64,000 nt of DNA from Squalus acanthias (GCA_030390025.1 CM059432.1:30878001-30942000), one strand, 5' to 3'; counted from the first letter of the stretch, positions 11,153-22,520 are shown. The notes: a model not told the origin generated them from the letters alone. Numbers and translations are program-made.

Positions 11153-12293
11153 ACATAAGAACATAAGAAATAGGAGCAGGAGTAGGCCATTCGGCCCTTC
11201 GAGCCTGCTCCGCCATTCAATGAGATCATGGCTGATCTTCTGCCTCAATTCCATTCACCGGCCCTATCGCCATATTCCTTGATGCCCTTACTAGTCAGAA
11301 ATCTATCGACTTCTGTTTTGAATATACCCAATGACTGAGCCTCCACAGCCCTCTGGGGTAGAGAATTCCAAAGATTCACCACCCTCTGTGTGAAGAAATT
11401 TCTTCTCATCTCAGTCCTGAATGGCCTACCCTTTATCCTGAGGCTGTGACCCCTGGTTCTAGACTCCCCAGCCAAGGGAAACATTCTCCCAGCATCCACC
11501 TTATCAAGCCCTGTAATAATTTTGTATGCTTCAATGAGATCCCCTCTCATTCTTCTGAATTCAAGAGAATACAGGCCTAGTTTACTCAATCTCTTCTTAT
11601 ATGACAGTCCCGCCATTCCAGGAATCAATCTCGTGAACCTTCATTGCACTCCCTCTATGGCAAGTATATCCTTCCTTAGGTAAGGAGACCAAAATTGTAC
11701 ACAGTACTCCAGGTGTAGTCTCACCAAGGCCCTATATAATTGGAGTAAGACTTCTTTACTCCTGTACTCAAATCCTCTTGTAATGAAGGCCAGCATACCA
11801 TTTGCCTTCCTAATGGCTTGCTGCACCTGCACATTCACTTTCAGTGACTCATGTACAAGAACACCCAGGTCTCTTTGAGCATCTGCATTCCCCAATCTTT
11901 CACCATTTAGGAAATACTCTGCCTTTCTGTTTTTTCTACCAACGTGGATAACTTCACATTTATCCACATTATATTCCATCTGCCATGTTCTCGCCCACTC
12001 ACTGAGCCTGTCGAGATCCCCTTGAAGCCTCTTCGCATCAGCTTCGCAACTGACACTTTTACAATCCTTTTTTATATTTTTCGCTAGATTGTGCTCATAT
12101 TCCATTTTCCTTTTCTTTATCAATTTCTTGGTCCTCCTTTGCTGCTTTCTAAAAAGATCCCAATCCTCAGGCTGACTGCTTTTTCTGGCAACTTTATAAG
12201 CTTCCTCCTTTGACTGAATACTAGCTTTAATTTCTTTTGTTAGACATGGTTGGATCACTTTTCCTTTTGGGTTTTTATGTCCTAGAGGAATAA
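11153..12293 (-). mobile_element. 5'-truncated, internally deleted CR1 inserted between the two genes of element B
   Basis: ACATAAGA tail at 11153; ORFs 11245..11628 and 11641..12258; KDCKS is fused to VSCEADAKRL at ~12053, so the RT core is missing. Confidence 0.92.
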
Positions 12294-12310
12294 ATGTTCT
12301 GAGTAGGGGC

Positions 12311-13466
12311 CTAGAAGTGGCTTGTTATCAGCCATTGACGGACGGCCCTTGCAGTGGCAACAATGTGCGCCTCCCTCCCACATTGGTGCTGCTGCTGATC
12401 ATCCTCCTCATCCTCCTCCTCCTCTTCCTCCTCCTCTTTCTCAGGTGGTGCACCAATCCCTGGTGGCATTGGCTGGGTCCTCAAGATTGCCAGGTTGTGA
12501 AGCATGCAGCACACAACTATGAAGAGGGAGACTCGCTCAGGCGAGTACTGCAGGGCTCCTCCTGAGTGGTCCAGAGAGCGGAACTGTTGCTTGAGCACGC
12601 CGATCGTCTGCTCAATGATGTTCCTGGTGGCGATATGGCTCTCATTATGCCGCAGCTCGGCAGGGGTGTTGGGGTTACGGAGGGTGTCATCAGCCAGGTG
12701 CAGAGACCCTTGTCCACGAGGAGCCATCCACTTGGAGCATGCGGTGCCTGGAAAAGGTCTGGCACACCAGTCTGGCGCAGGATGAAAGCATCGTGGCTGC
12801 TGCCAGGATAGCGGGCATTGACGGCGAGTATGAGCTGTCTGTGGTCACAGACCAACTGCACATTTAAGGAGTGGTAGCCCTTGCGGTTTCGGAATACCTC
12901 TGCATTTTCATGCGGTGCCCTCAATGCCACATGTGTTCAGTCAATGGCACCCTGCACCATAGGGAAGCCCGCTATCCTAGCAAAGCCACATGCGCGTTCA
13001 TGCTGTTTAGCCCGGGTCATGGGGAAAGAGATGTACTGGCGTCTCCTTTTATACGGGGCATTTGTCACCTCCCGGATACAACAATGGACAGCGAACTGGA
13101 AGATATTGGTGATCTCCCCAGTAGATGATTTAAAGGAGCCGCTGGCATAAAAATTCAGAGCCACTGTCACCTTCACTGCCACCGACAGAGACATCCTGGT
13201 CCTCAGTTGAGGCTGCAGATCTGGTTGCAGCAGGTGGCAGAGCTCAGTGTCCACCTCCTTGCTGAAGCGCAGCCTGCGCAAACACTGCTCCTCAGACAAA
13301 TGAATGTAGGAAAATTGCTCCCAGAATACCCTGGGAGAGTAAGGTCTCCTGTGCAGAGGCCTGTTCACCCTCCTCCCTCTGGCCATGTTTGCCACTCTCT
13401 CTCTGTGTCTCTGCTGCCTCCGATTCTGCAGGTACAGGACGACGCCCGAATCAGTGCAGCCCCCAT
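12311..13466 (-). pseudogene. Harbinger transposase of element B (stop and frameshifts)
   Basis: Split across ORFs 12937..13488, 12517..12930 and 12311..12727; stop directly after GAID. Confidence 0.93.
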
Positions 13467-13955
13467 AGTCTCTTCTAAATTGATGCAAGGAAGGTCAAAT
13501 CAAACTGAACATGCTAAGCGCTGCTCAGTACCCAAAGCTCCTTCACAAAGCGTTGAATCTCTCCAGAAGTCTCTCTCTCCCTCTCAGAATGCGTGGTGCA
13601 AAAATGTCGCCGACAAAAAAAGGCAGGAAGCGGCCGCCTTTAAATAATACTCCCCCAACCCCTTCCCGACTGCAAAACGCTCCCTTCTACCTGTCGTTGT
13701 TAGCGGCAGGCGGAAAGGCAGGGGGCACCACTCAATATCCGGTCCGGGGCACTACCGGGGTGTTGCACGCTCAACTGACATCACGATCTGCGGGTGCAGA
13801 AGATTGTGGCGGTAGTGTTTAGCGCCGCCGCAAAATGTCTGGTCAATTTCGCGAGCGGCGCAAACATCACCGAGCCCGGGAGCAAGTTGCTTTGCGCCCC
13901 ATTAGTGCCCTCTTAAGGCACTAACGGGAGGCGCTAATCAACCGAATGTTTCCCC

Positions 13956-15324
13956 TTATAATTTTGCCAAAAGAGTAGTAAACTTCAGGATTGGGAGGAT
14001 TTTAGAATTCAGCAAAGGAGGACCAAGAAATTGATAAAGAAAGGGAAAATAGAATATGAAAGTAAACTAGCGAGAGACATAAAAACAGACTGTAAAAGCT
14101 TATATTGGTATGTAAAATGGAAAAGATTAGCAAAAGTAAACATGGGTCCCTTACAGGCTGAGACAGGAGAAATTATAATGGGGAATAAGGAAATCGCAGA
14201 GAAATTAAATAAATACTTTGTGTCTGTCTTCACGGAAGAAGACACAAAAAACCTCCTGGAAATAGTGGAGAACCAAGGGTCTAGCGAGAATGAGGAACTG
14301 AAAGAATTAGTATTAGTAAAAAAAAGTACTGGAGAAATTAATGGGACTGAAAGCCAATAAATCCCCTGGCCCTGATGGGCTACATCCTAGGGTTATAAAA
14401 GAGGTGGCTATATAGATCGTGGAAGCATTGGTTATCATCTTCCAAAATTCCATAGAGTCTAGAACGGTTCCTGTGGAATGGAAGGCAGCAAATGTAACCC
14501 CACTATTTAAGAAAGGAGGGAGAGAGAAAACGGGGAACTACAGACCAGTTAGCCTGACATCAATAGTAGGGAAAATGCTAGAATCTATTATTAAGGATGT
14601 GATAACAGGGCACTTAGAAAATAATAATAGGATTGGGCAGAGTCAGCACGGATTTATGAAAGGGAAATCATGTTTGACGAATTTGTTAGAGTTTTTTGAG
14701 TTTGCAACTAGCAGAATAGATAAGGGGGAACCAGTGGATGTGGTGTATTTGGATTTTCAGAAGGCATTCGATAAGGTGCCACACAAGAGCTTATTGAACA
14801 AAATTAGAGCTCATGGGATTGGGGGTAATATACTAGCATGGATTGAGGATTGGTTAACGGACAGAAAACAGAGAGTAGGAATAAACGGGTCATATTCTGT
14901 TTGGCAGGCTGTAACGAGTGGAGTACCGCAAGGATCAGTGTTTGGGCATCAGCTATTCACAATCTATATCAATGATTTGGATGAGGGGACCAAATGTAAC
15001 ATATCCAAGTTTGCTGATGATACAAAGCTAGGTGGGAATGTAAGTTGTGAGGAGGATGCAAAGAGGCTTCAAGGGGATATAGACAGGCTAAGTGAGTGGT
15101 CAAGTACATGGCAAATGGAATATAATGTGGAGAAATGCGAAGTTATCCACTTTTGTAGGAAAAATAGTAAAGCAGAATATTTTTTAAATGGTGAGAGATT
15201 GGGAAATGTTGGTCTTCAGAGGAACCTGGGTGTCTTTGTACATGAATCACTGAAAGTTAACATGCAGGTACAGCAAGCAATTAGGAAAGCAAATGGCATG
15301 TTGGCCTTTATTACAAGAGTAAAG
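13956..15324 (+). mobile_element. CR1 LINE #1, middle piece 2 (reverse transcriptase)
   Basis: ORF 14419..15411 with NYRPVSLTS, QHGFMKGKSCLTNL, YLDFQKAFDKVPH, SGVPQGS, KFADDTK; stops at the A2 TIR. Confidence 0.96.
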
Positions 15325-15681
15325 GGGGTAGAAATTAGGTCGCGCCCCATTTGGGGCGCAAATATCGTCCGGACGCAAATATTAGCGCCTGGCGCTAATT
15401 ATCGGCACTGACAGGAAACTTCACTTTTACCGCCCCGGGAGGTGAGTGGAGCGCTAAAGTAGGCGCTGCACACCTCTTTTAAGGCGCAAAGGCCAAGGAG
15501 TGAGGCGCTAACTCAGCGCACGAGCGCAACGCAGCTGCTGCCAGTTAGCGAGGGAACACAGACACAATGGCGCCGGACACTTCTTAAAGCGGGGGGGGCC
15601 ACTTGCTCCCCAGCCACACCCTGCTCATTGCAGCCTTGAATCTCAGCCTGGAGAGACCTGTAATCCATTTTGCTGCCAAGC

Positions 15682-17558
15682 ATGGAGAGGGTGAGAGAAC
15701 GCGCTCATCGCTTCACCGAGCGGGCCTTGGATGCTCTGGTTGACGCAGTGGAGCGCAGACGATGCATGCTGTTCCCGGAGAGTGGCAGGAGGCCTTTGCC
15801 ACGCGAGTTCAGAAGAGTGTGGAGGGAGGTGGCTCAGAGCGTCTCCTCCAGGAGCATGGTGCCCAGGACCCATGTTCAATGCCGCAAAAAGTTCAACGAC
15901 CTCACTCGGGTCGTCAGGGTGAGTGGCTTTTTCTCAATACCTCTCCATCCCTCCATCTCAACCTCACTCTATGGCCAGAGGGTCTTAAAACCCCAATGCA
16001 CAACACTCATCCAACACCTATGGCACTTTCATCAAACACACACACACATTCCACACTTTGCATACAGTAAGGGCTATTCATCTATGGGAGGCACATCAGG
16101 CAAGACCATGGCTGCATACAGTAAGGGCTATTCACCTATGGGAGGCACATCAGGCAAGACCATGGCTGCATACAGTAAGGGCTATTCACCTATGGGAGGC
16201 ACATCAGGCAAGACCATGGCTGTATATTTACTCAGATGCTGTCCTTTTTCTTGCAGGCTAAGCTGGCTCATAATCGGAGACAGCAGCAATGGACGGGTGG
16301 AGGGCGGCTTCAGCTGCAACCCCTCAGCGATCTGGAGGAGCGCGTCCACAGGATTGTGGCAAGCCGGGTGATCGGTCCCGTCGCCACTGGAGACGCCGAC
16401 CCCGTTGTGGACAGCAATGGTAAGGTCATCACCTTTTTGTCCTCTGTCCTTCCACTTGTCCCTCACAATACCAGCCTTTGACACTTTCAATCCAACTTGC
16501 TAACTCGCTGCACTTATTCCTCCCTTACTGCCACCCTGTCCTCACGCTAAAGCCACTCTTGTACCTCCCTGCTTTCAGATGGTGATTCACCAGCTGAGGA
16601 GACGGGCCCTGAAGCTGCCACTGGGAGTGATGCTGCAGCTGAGGAGGAAGAGGAAGCCGGAGCATCAGTGCCACCCTCTCCCGAGGAAGCCCATGCCCAC
16701 ACTGGGAACACGCCTTCCCCGGAGGGGAGCAGGGGGGAAGGGGCTGATGATGGTGAAGCTCCAGGACCCAGCGGGCTGCAGCAACGCCATGGGGGGGGTA
16801 GGGAAGAACGGGGGCCTTCTCCCCAGAGGGAGAGTATGCCAGACACTCCTACTGCAATGGACGCAGAGGAGGAGCGGCTGATTGCAGAAATGAACACCCA
16901 GGCGGTGGGCATGCACACTGAGCTCATGGGTGCAGTGGGAAGGGTGCCCGATTGCATTGAGTCACTGGCAAGGAGTGTGGAGCACTTCGCTGTAGCACAG
17001 GCGGATGCCACACTAACGCTTAGTGCTGCAATTCAGTCAATGGCTGCCGTGATCCCACCTCTGACTGCTCTCATACAGACTCAGATGGAGGCCACGCGAG
17101 CACAGACTGCTGCCAACCTCGATGGTTCGTGCACATGTCCCCGGGGCTGTCACCGCGCCGCAGCAGGCCAGCAATCTGTTCTCCGGCAAATTGCTCCGGA
17201 TGCTGAAGTGCTGCCCCGTGGGAGTGCCAGTGTGTCGGGCGAGCAGGGAGTTGCTGGCCTCTCTCACGATGACAGCATTCCTGCTGCCAACACTGTCACT
17301 TCTCCACTGCACTCGCCACCGCCTGTAGGACAGACTGCTGCCGCCCATGCAGAGTTGGTGCAGTCTGCAGCCGGGCCCTCCAGGCCCAGAAGTGGTCGAG
17401 GCCGTCCTTCAGGGGCATCTGCAGTGTCAGGGTCTGACGAGCAGCAGCCTTCCACCAGCCTTGCTGCAGCCACTGAGGTCCCATTATGGAGGAGCAGTAG
17501 GGTTAGAAGGGGGGAAGTGCGCAAGGGAAGGAGATCACCCTCGAAGGGCAAAAAGTAG
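15682..17558 (+). CDS. Harbinger Myb/SANT-like DNA-binding protein, predicted 459 aa, exons 15682-15918, 16257-16419, 16579-17558
   Basis: 237+163+980 = 1380 nt open frame; donors GTGAGT and GTAAGG, acceptors TTGCAG and TTTCAG; N-terminal Myb/SANT-like domain, acidic linker, helical region, basic tail. Confidence 0.9.
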
Positions 17559-17852
17559 GAGGTGTGCCAAAATGCTGGTCATTTTTTTATTAAAGGCCGA
17601 GGTTCATGGTCCAACTTTTGTTTAGTGTTTTGGACATTATCTCCAGGTTGTGAGAACCAGTTATGTTATTGACTGTTTTTTTGTGTTTATTTCTATGAGT
17701 TTGTCATGAGGAATTGACACACACAGAGTTTGTAAAATAAATAAGTTTCTGTATTCAAAATATACATGGCTGGTGGTTGGAATTATTGGTGCCTTGGCCG
17801 GCTTAGGGGTTGCGTGCTGGTTTGATTAGTGTTTGTAGCAATGGCAGGGGCC

Positions 17853-19013
17853 CTAGAAGCGGCTTGCTATTAGTCGTTGACGGACGACCCTTGCAGTTTG
17901 ACCATTGTGGGCCGCCCTCCTGCCTTGGTGCTGCTGATGATCATCGTCCTCGTCCTGTTCCTCCTCTTCCTCCTCCTCCTCTGGTGGTGCTACAAGGCCT
18001 GGTGGCATTGGCTGGGTCCTGAGGATTGCCATGTTGTGCAACATGCAGCACACGACTACGAAGTTCGAAACTTGCTCAGGCGAGTACTGCAGGGCTCCTC
18101 CGGAATGGTCCAGACAGCGGAACCGTTGTTTCAGCACGCCGATTGTGCGCTCAATAATGTTCCTGGTTGCTTGATGGCTTTCATTGTACCGCAGCTCAGC
18201 AGGGGTGTTTGGCGTACGGAGCGGTGTCATCAGCCAGGTGCTCAATGCGTACCCCTTGTCCCCCAGAAGCCAACCAACTGGCTGATGCGGTGCCTCGAAA
18301 ACTTCTGCCACAGTAGTCTGGCGCAGGATGAAAGCATCGTGGCAGCTGCCCGGATAGTGGGCATTGACAGCGAGTATCACCTGTCTGTGGTCACAGACCA
18401 ACTGCACATTCAAGGAATGGAACCCCTTTCTGTTCCTGAATTCCTCTGCATTCTCTCGCGGAGCACGCAAAGCCACATGCGTGCAGTCAATGGCGCCCTG
18501 CACCATGGGGAAGCCCGCTACCCTCGCAAAGCCCAGAGCACGGTCACGCTGCTTGTCTGGGGTCATAGGGAAAGAGATGAAGTCTCGTCTCCTTCTGAAG
18601 AGGGCATTGGTGACCTGCCGGATGCAGCGATGCACCGCAAACTGGGAGATATTGGCGAGGTCCCCAACAGCAGCTTGGAATGAGCCAGTGGCGTAGAAGT
18701 TCAAAGCCACTGTGACCTTCACTGCCACCGACAGAGACGTCCTGGACCTCAGCTGAGGCTGCAGATCTGGCTGCAGCAGGTGGCAGAGCTCAGTGACCAC
18801 CTCCTTGCTGAATCGCAGCCTTCGCAAACACAGCTCCTCGGACATATGGATGTAGGAGAGCTGTTCACGATATACCCTGGGAGGGTAAGCTCTCCTGTAC
18901 ATGCGCCTGATGGCCCTCCTCCGTCTGGCCATCATTGCCACTCTCTGTCTGCGTCTCAGTATCCTCCGATTCAGCTGGAGCAGGACGACGCCCCCAATCA
19001 TTGCAGCCCCCAT
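17853..19013 (-). CDS. PIF/Harbinger DDE transposase, 386 aa
   Basis: Intact ORF with all catalytic motifs; differs from the A1 protein at two residues (M/V, A/V). Confidence 0.97.
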   Translation of the reverse strand: MGAAMIGGVVLLQLNRRILRRRQRVAMMARRRRAIRRMYRRAYPPRVYREQLSYIHMSEELCLRRLRFSKEVVTELCHLLQPDLQPQLRSRTSLSVAVKVTVALNFYATGSFQAAVGDLANISQFAVHRCIRQVTNALFRRRRDFISFPMTPDKQRDRALGFARVAGFPMVQGAIDCTHVALRAPRENAEEFRNRKGFHSLNVQLVCDHRQVILAVNAHYPGSCHDAFILRQTTVAEVFEAPHQPVGWLLGDKGYALSTWLMTPLRTPNTPAELRYNESHQATRNIIERTIGVLKQRFRCLDHSGGALQYSPEQVSNFVVVCCMLHNMAILRTQPMPPGLVAPPEEEEEEEEQDEDDDHQQHQGRRAAHNGQTARVVRQRLIASRF

Positions 19014-19523
19014 ATTCTCTTTGCCAGAAAAGTAATGAGGTACAGCAACTAAAGTAGCAACAAAGTTAGGATGAACTAGGCAAAACTACCTCACAAAGCG
19101 TTGAGTCAATGTAGAAGTCTCTCTCTCTCTCTCTCCGAATCTCTCTCTCTCTCAGAACGAGTGGTGCATAAATGTCGACCACAGAAAAAGACAGGAAGAG
19201 GCCCCCTTTAAATAGCGCCCCCCCCAGCCCCACACCGATTGATAACGTTCCAGTCTTCCGGTCGTTGGAAGCGCCAGGCGGTAAGGCAGGGGGCGCCACT
19301 CAATTTCCGCTCCGGGGCGCCCCAAGGGCGTTGCACCATGGAATGACGTCACAATCTGCGCGCGCAGGTGGTCGCAGCGGTAAGTTTTAGCGCCGCCGCA
19401 CAATCTCAAGTTAAGTTCTCGAGCGGCGCAAACAGCGCTGCGCCCGGGCGTTAGCGGCTTAACGCCCCATTAGCGCCCTCTTAAGGCGCTAACGGGAGGC
19501 GCAACCAAGTGAATTTTTACCCC

Positions 19524-19625
19524 TCAGTTCTTAACCTTGGTCACTCTGCAACCACATCTCTGCAATGGCTATTAAATCAAACCCATTTATTGCTATCTGC
19601 GCTATTAATTCATCTATTTTGTTTT
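19524..19625 (-). mobile_element. CR1 LINE #1, 5' piece (start of endonuclease)
   Basis: Reverse complement translates NKIDELIAQIAINGFDLIAIAEMWLQSDQG*EL and continues directly into 7874 (+). Confidence 0.88.
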
Positions 19626-19847
19626 CTTTCTCGTGTGGTTATTCAAGCATCAGGGTTCCACTTGATTAATCAGTATCTTCATTACATTGGCCCGATAGAA
19701 AATGTTAGCCCATCATGAAGACACTCCCAGCAATTACTGCCAGACTTCAGTGTCTGCAGCCAGAGATGTTCTCTGGCACTCTGCTGGTCTTACATTCCCA
19801 ATAATTTCAATACTTGAATATCCACCAAGCTAAGCAATCACTTTTAA

Positions 19848-20027
19848 AGGGTAGTTTTCCAACTTTCTCAACAGAGAACCTCGCCCGCTGAGACCGTGTG
19901 TCACTGGCTGCATGATTTTCCGACTATTAATTTAAATTGTGGGAAAATCATGCACAGCGTGCACCTGAAAGTGTGCTCTCAGTGGGTGAGGTTTCCCACC
20001 GATATTGCAAAGCCAGAAGATGACCCC
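19848..20027. mobile_element. Palindromic Harbinger-type MITE
   Basis: Ends GGGTAGTTTTC / GAAGATGACCCC; internal arms TGCATGATTTTCC / GGAAAATCATGCA; a related core fragment lies at ~2188-2232. Confidence 0.65.
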
Positions 20028-20145
20028 TTTACTGCATTCAATAGTATTGGTATTGGAGGTTTGCCAGGCAAAAAAAAAAGGGACACAGGAGCATTGATTG
20101 TTAGCAGGCCTAGTCTCTCCAAGTCAAACAGTTTACAAGCTTAGA

Positions 20146-20480
20146 TGGTGCAGTAGGTTAGCTCACTGCCCCTTTCACCTCAGTGTATTGGGGCTGAATC
20201 CAGCCCAGAATGAAGGGATGAATGCAAGGGTTTTACATGAAATGAGTTTGAGCAGCAATTAAAGCAAATTAGCTTTCGACATGAACTCACTAAACTGGCA
20301 TCAACTGGCTCAAAAGTGACACGTCATTTAGCAAGGTCATAAGGGTGGCTGGTGTATTTCGCAACAAATTGGCAATGGTACTACAGAGACAACTTCTTTG
20401 AAGTTGTGGTTAAGGCACATTTTTGGAATAGAGTAAAAAGAACTTTGATCTATAATTGTCTGCGCTATACCTTGACCAGT
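20146..20480 (+). mobile_element. LF-SINE-like tRNA-derived SINE, decayed
   Basis: Ordered motifs CCTTTCACCTC, GAATCCAGCCCAG, TGAAATGAGTT, AACTGGCA, GGTTAAGGCACATT, GCTATACCT match the LF-SINE consensus as recalled. Confidence 0.55.
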
Positions 20481-20919
20481 AATGTAGGAAACGAGAATCT
20501 GCTTAAACAGGCAGGTGAATGTAACAGAGTTAACAACTCATTCATTTCCACTCCCTCAGTACTGCACTGAAGTACCAGCCTAGATCATGTGCTCAAGTCC
20601 CTGGTGTGGGGCTTAAATCAATGATCTTTTTGACTCAGAGACAAGAGTGATCCCACTGTACCAAGCTGAGATCTTTGTCACTAATGGTGGAATTAAGGGA
20701 GGCGGGGAGATGTACAAAAGGACAGAGTTTGCAAACCAAACTGTGGAGGAGGCAGCAGACATAAATAGTGATACATTCCACTCGTTGAACTCCCATCCCA
20801 ATAAAGTGTTTTGCCTTTCATCACGTCTGCATACAGTTGTGATGGCCATGGTATAAAGGGGAGGGGGAGGGGGAGTAGAATTCATATCCTAGACACAGCG
20901 AAAAGGAGCACAACAAGGC

Positions 20920-21330
20920 TGACCCCAATATAAAAGAGATGAGTTATGAGGAATGATGTAATAACCTAGAGCTCTTTAGCCTCATAAAGAGATATCTCAA
21001 AGGGCACTTTATAGAGGTATATAAGCTACTTAATGGAATAGGGACAGTAAACTTGGATCAATGCTTTCAGATACACCACGGCAACAGGGCAAGAGGGATC
21101 AGGGTTATGAAAAACAAATTTAGGATAGAGATCAGGAAGTATTTCATTATATAGAGGGTCATCAATAGCCAGACTAGCTGCCAAGAAGTGTGGCTGAGGT
21201 CAGGCCACTGGACTATTTAAGAAATATCTGGAGCTGTAATGGGGAGCATATTGCACTGGTATACTGGAAAGATGAGATCAAATGGTCCAAAGGACCTTTG
21301 TCATCTGAACCAATCCTGTGATCTTGTGAA
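20920..21330 (+). mobile_element. Decayed CR1 3' end
   Basis: AGTTATGAGGAA..CTCTTTAGCCT..TTTATAGAGGTATATAAG..TATTTCATTATATAGAGGGTC, co-linear with other CR1 3' ends in the window. Confidence 0.65.
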
Positions 21331-21359
21331 GTTGCCATGTGCTAACTTCCCAAAAAAAG

Positions 21360-22520
21360 AAAAAAAAGACTTAACTTTACAATGTTTCTCAGAAATGTTC
21401 CAAAAGATTTCATATACAATTAATTATTTTGAAGTACAGTAACAGTTGCTATGTAGGTGAATATGGCAGCTATTTTGCTCACAGCAAGAATTTGCAAACA
21501 TCAATGTGATGGATGAGCAGTTAATCAATCCTGGGCGGTGCTGGTTGAGTGAAGAATATTGACCAGGAGCCCCATAGAACTCTCTGCTCTTTTTGAGTAG
21601 TGCCATAAAATCTTCAGCATCCACCTGAACAGGAAGATGGAACTTCGGTTTAATCTCTTATCTGAAGGACGACACCTCAAAGAATGTAGTATTGGCCCGA
21701 AAATTAGACCTAATACGCGAGAGTACACACTGTGTACTCTCGCGTTTTAGGTCTCCAATTGCCGGTTTCCAGCATGCACTGCGCATGCGCGGGAAACCGG
21801 CACTTCGTGAATTCAAAAGGGGGCGGTTCCTAGGTGAACCGCGTGCGCGCTACAGGCTGCGCGCATGCAGTGCACTTAGTGCTTTGAACGCGCAGGTAAG
21901 CATGGAAGATTTTACACATAAAGAAAGGAGGCGTAAGACCCTCTTTTAACAAGGTAAGTAGTTAATTAAGTATTATTTTAAATTTTTTTCAACAGGTTTA
22001 TCTTTTTTAGAGACTTTAAAGAAAGGTAAGTTTATTTTATAACTTTTAAAAAGATTTTAAACTTTTTCAAAAATTTAATTTTTTGTTTAAAGTGGTTAAT
22101 TTATTTAACTATATTTATTTTATTAATGTGATGGCTTTTTTAAAATTTAATTGAGGTTTAGCTGTTCTTTTGGGGGGGTATATTATTCATAGCTTTGACA
22201 GGTCTTCCTGTCAAAACTATGAATGAAAGATGGTGTGCTGCCATTGGCTCTAACTGAATCACGTGATCCCAGAGCTCGCACGAACTAACTCCGTCTCTGG
22301 GTCACGCAAGCACTGCACAGCTGCAGCCTTGAAACTAAAGTTCGTGTGGGCCCGGAGGAAAAAGGAAGGCGTGGAGTGAGATATCGCGGGGAAACCTTAC
22401 CCCCGCGTCAACACTCAGTCTTTCATTTCTGGGCCATTGTCTCAGTACTGCACTCGAGCATCATCCTTGGTTAGGTGTTCAAGTCCTGGAGAGGAACTCG
22501 AACCCACAGCCTTCTAACCC
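21360..22520 (-). mobile_element. Deu-domain (SacSINE1-like) SINE interrupted by a MITE
   Basis: Reverse complement matches the 42686-43148 copy on both sides of 21694-22435. Confidence 0.8.
21694..22435. mobile_element. Harbinger-type MITE, family H copy 1
   Basis: TIRs GGCCCGAAAAT / ATTTCTGGGCC; exact ATT duplication; homologous end to end to 62475-63218. Confidence 0.92.

Larger units (their letters stand above)
8662..13955 (+). mobile_element. PIF/Harbinger transposon B (diverged relative of A, decayed, carries a nested CR1)
   Basis: Imperfect TIRs GGAGGAGAAATTCGG / CCGAATGTTTCCCC; flanks TCA / TTA; host CR1 rejoins as GAAGAGGC-TTA-TAATTTTGCC; same two-gene layout as A. Confidence 0.93.
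15325..19523 (+). mobile_element. PIF/Harbinger DNA transposon, family A copy 2 (4199 bp), both genes open
   Basis: Same TIRs as A1; near-identical to A1 (roughly 20 differences found by eye). Confidence 0.97.

Noticed and set aside
3671..19523. A1 and A2 as LTRs, a simple tandem duplication or an assembly duplicate
   Set aside because: Each has its own TIRs and genes, identity stops exactly at the TIRs, and scattered substitutions separate them.
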